Positions 61,144-64,000 of a stretch of DNA of 64,000 nt are shown here, one piece after another. Each line of letters opens with the position of its first letter. Position 1 is the first letter of the stretch. The DNA comes from Eledone cirrhosa (lineage: Eukaryota). The stretch covers positions 39,680,001 to 39,744,000 of the forward strand of contig OZ024754.1 of the NCBI GenBank assembly GCA_964016885.1, read 5' to 3'. The position numbers were made by a program, and so were the translations under genes. The notes beneath the pieces were generated by a model. That model saw only the letters and a program-made list of their open reading frames with translations. It was not told the origin of the DNA and did no database searches.

Positions 61144-62977
61144 TTAACATATTTCTAAATAAAGATACTGTCCATGGTTTTCAAATAATTTTGAAAATAA
61201 TTAAGATTGTGGAGGTATTTAGTAATTAACTAACTTTATTCTGGTGTTTGGAACATAACTTAACAAAAGTTTTTATATAAAACTATGATGGAACGTTTTT
61301 AGATAAATATAAACACATTAAAATATGAAGCTTCGTATTGTAAAACCAGGAGCTTCTATCATTAAAACACCCAAAAGATATAGTTGTGTGTTCTGTGATT
61401 TAAAAAAACAACACATAAGGGTTCCATGATGAACTAAGTTTGGGTACCATTGCTGTAGAGCAATGAAGCATGAGGGCTTTAGCTAGAAAATTTACAGTTA
61501 CTAGAGAAGAATGAGTTGAGTAATAACTGTTTGATATGTTGTATTTGGTTTGAAAAATACAAGCTCAAATAAGTTGGGAATGAAAATAATGAATAGATGT
61601 ATACAGGAAAGATGAGCTGGTTTGGACATGTAATGTCATGTCCTTCACATGTATGAAACACATGACAACCTCTCTAGTACTGGTGCTGTGATAATATGCA
61701 TCCAGTATATTCTATGACATTAGGAAGAGCATCGTGCTGTAGAAACCATGCCAAAATGGAATGTATCTGAACAACATGTAGTTCTCTGACCCACCAAAGA
61801 GGGTAGTAGCTCCAATCAAATACTGACTTTATTACAACCTGTCTAACCCATGCCAACATGGGAAGTTGGATGTAAAATGATGTCACATTCTGGGTAGAAA
61901 TGTGTTGAGTTGATAGTAAAAGACTCTTGTAATAAATAGTTGTCTTTCTATAGAAAAAGTATGTTTTATTTGTTGGGATGGTTAAGTATCTTGGCTCCCT
62001 TCCAGTTCATTGTTAAGCTTAGCTCCAGGGTGGAATCAGAGCTGTAAACAATAATCCAACCAGGTGAGAATTAATGTTTTCTTGGGTCAGTATGACGCCT
62101 AACTTTGTAGTTATTTTCAGGATACATAACTGTTTATGACAATTCTTAGGTCTCACACTGATTCTCCCTTCATTGAAGCTTCTCTAAATCTATCATAGTT
62201 AGTTTGCTAATAACTTGAGGTTTCACATATCAAATTTCACCATACAAAATTTTCTTCTTTTTCTTCTTTATATCTTCAAATTCTTGTTGCATGTCTTTTT
62301 TTCACTTCAACCTGACTTTCTATCAAGCTGTGTTGTTTCTCTACCTTTTCTATCAATATTACAGTCACCTCTTCTTCTGAACTAACTTAGCCATAGCCAC
62401 CTAAACTCACCCACCACCACCACCACTGATTGCCCCCTCCCCAAGAAAAGACCCTAAATCTACATGCTTCTGGAGCTCCCTGGTTTTCCTTTCAACCTGC
62501 AACAATTGAAACCGGATATGTTTACATTCCAGTCTATAAGATTTAAAGTTCCATGTGCACTGACATCATCATTTTAATGTCCATTACCCATGCTGGTGTG
62601 GGTTGGATAGATGTGCTGTATAGCTTATTACCATGTCTTGTAATATTTATATTCATCATCATCGTTCAATGTCTATCTTCCATGCTAGCATGGGTTATAT
62701 TAAAAGGATCAGTATTGATGTCAATACTCATCCTTTTTTCCATTCAAAGGGTTTTTTTAATCCCAACTAACAGATTAATTTTATCTAGTCAAATACGGTG
62801 TAAACACATGTTACTACCTACTTTTAACTTTGTTTTGTTGAAATTTATTTTCTATTCTTATAAATATTTTGACTGTTGAAATTTATAAATTTTATTCTGA
62901 TATTTCTATTTTTCTTAATATCTTTCCTTTTTTTTTTGTTTGTAGAAATCTCTTGCTATGGAACTGAGAAGGTGATC

Positions 62978-64000
62978 ATGGGTGCCAACGTATCAGCAGA
63001 TCGGCTGCAGCCATCCTCTCGGTCGTCCACATTGACCCGTATGTCACATGGATATGTGATTAATGAGGGAGATGTGGTGGCACGAGAGAAGAAAAAGAAA
63101 GCTTCCAAGTTTGCCACACTAAGGAAAAAGTTGATCAGAGTACGGCGTCACAGTCGAGCGGTTGACTATTCTAAAGCTCTGCGGGAATTAACTTCCAGCT
63201 GGTCTATTCGGGATCTCAGTTGTTTGGTGGAGGAATATGAGGCAGCTGCTATTCTAAAGGAACTTGCCATTGCTGCAAACTTAGCTCGACCATTGGCTAA
63301 CTCCATACGTCAAGATCTCTCTAATCTTTTTGATTATAAATACTGTACAGACGTTGATTTGATATATCGAGGTGCATGTTTTCCAGCTCATCGAGCCCTT
63401 CTTGTTGCCCGTAGTCCATTTTTTCATGATTTATTATCTCAATACCAGGAATATGGGGCACAAGTACCAATTAAATTAAAAACTCCTGGTGTTGATGTAC
63501 CTTTATTCTCTGCTCTTTTACGATATCTATATACTGAGGAATTTATTCTTGAGGGTTCTCAGTTAGAGAACGATGAAATCATCATGCGGCTTACAGATGA
63601 GTTTGGGATGCCAAACCCTCTGGAGCAAGACTTACGTATGATGTTGGACACTGGTAATTACAGCGATGCTACTTTGGTATTTACAACAGGCTCTGAAAGC
63701 CAGGAAAATCTAAGTTCTGAAGCTTCTAGTTCTGGAGATCATTCGTCAAGAAAACATGAACTCAAATGCCATAAAGCAATTCTCGCAGCACGATCTCCTT
63801 TCTTCCGTAACCTTTTATTGCGGCGTGCACGATCAGGTGAGGAGATCACTGAACGGACATTACAGACACCTACACGCATAGTGCTCGATGAATCAGTCAT
63901 TCCAAGGAGATATGCTCGAGTTTTACTGCATGCAATCTATATGGACAGTGTAGATTTATCTTTAATAGTGCGTGGAAGTACCAGTACATGTAGTCTTAGT
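62978..64000 (+). CDS. BTBD7: BTB/POZ domain-containing protein 7, first coding exon (partial, runs off window)
   Basis: Open frame of 341 codons: MGANVSADR...KKKKASKFATLRKKLIRVRRHSR...YKYCTDVDLIYRGACFPAHRALLVARSPFF...CHKAILAARSPFFRNLLLRRARSGEEITERTLQTPTRIVLDESVIP. Two BTB domains; closely resembles vertebrate BTBD7 as recalled. Polypyrimidine acceptor ...tttgtag at 62944-62945. Confidence 0.96.
   Translation, partial: MGANVSADRLQPSSRSSTLTRMSHGYVINEGDVVAREKKKKASKFATLRKKLIRVRRHSRAVDYSKALRELTSSWSIRDLSCLVEEYEAAAILKELAIAANLARPLANSIRQDLSNLFDYKYCTDVDLIYRGACFPAHRALLVARSPFFHDLLSQYQEYGAQVPIKLKTPGVDVPLFSALLRYLYTEEFILEGSQLENDEIIMRLTDEFGMPNPLEQDLRMMLDTGNYSDATLVFTTGSESQENLSSEASSSGDHSSRKHELKCHKAILAARSPFFRNLLLRRARSGEEITERTLQTPTRIVLDESVIPRRYARVLLHAIYMDSVDLSLIVRGSTSTCSLS

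Overview
AT-rich, repeat-dense animal genomic DNA. The tRNA-headed SINEs with (GAT)n tails, abundant (TA)n tracts and RTE/CR1/Dong-R4 LINE remnants point to an octopod cephalopod; this is an inference and the species cannot be determined. Three spliced protein-coding genes can be reconstructed by hand with GT-AG junctions and consistent phases. (1) DHRS7-like short-chain dehydrogenase on the minus strand: 7 coding exons between 8324 and 1016, with the last exon apparently outside the window. (2) A complete two-exon COX8 (cytochrome c oxidase subunit VIII, 69 aa) on the minus strand, 29887-24627. (3) BTBD7 on the plus strand: the first coding exon starts at 62978 and runs off the window end, so the ORF track misses it. 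Its probable non-coding first exon (~30160-30769) lies head-to-head with COX8. The rest is SINEs, LINE 3' ends, piggyBac/hAT/Tc1-mariner-pogo MITEs, minisatellites and microsatellites. Most notable: several hammerhead-ribozyme motifs; at least four families of fold-back elements in (TA)n tracts, two of them with the hairpin apex beside a hammerhead-like core (Penelope-like origin inferred); a divergent COX8-BTBD7 pair that recalls human COX8C-BTBD7; loss of the catalytic Ser in the DHRS7-like protein; and uORFs in the BTBD7 leader. Almost all ORFs in the supplied track are repeat artefacts.
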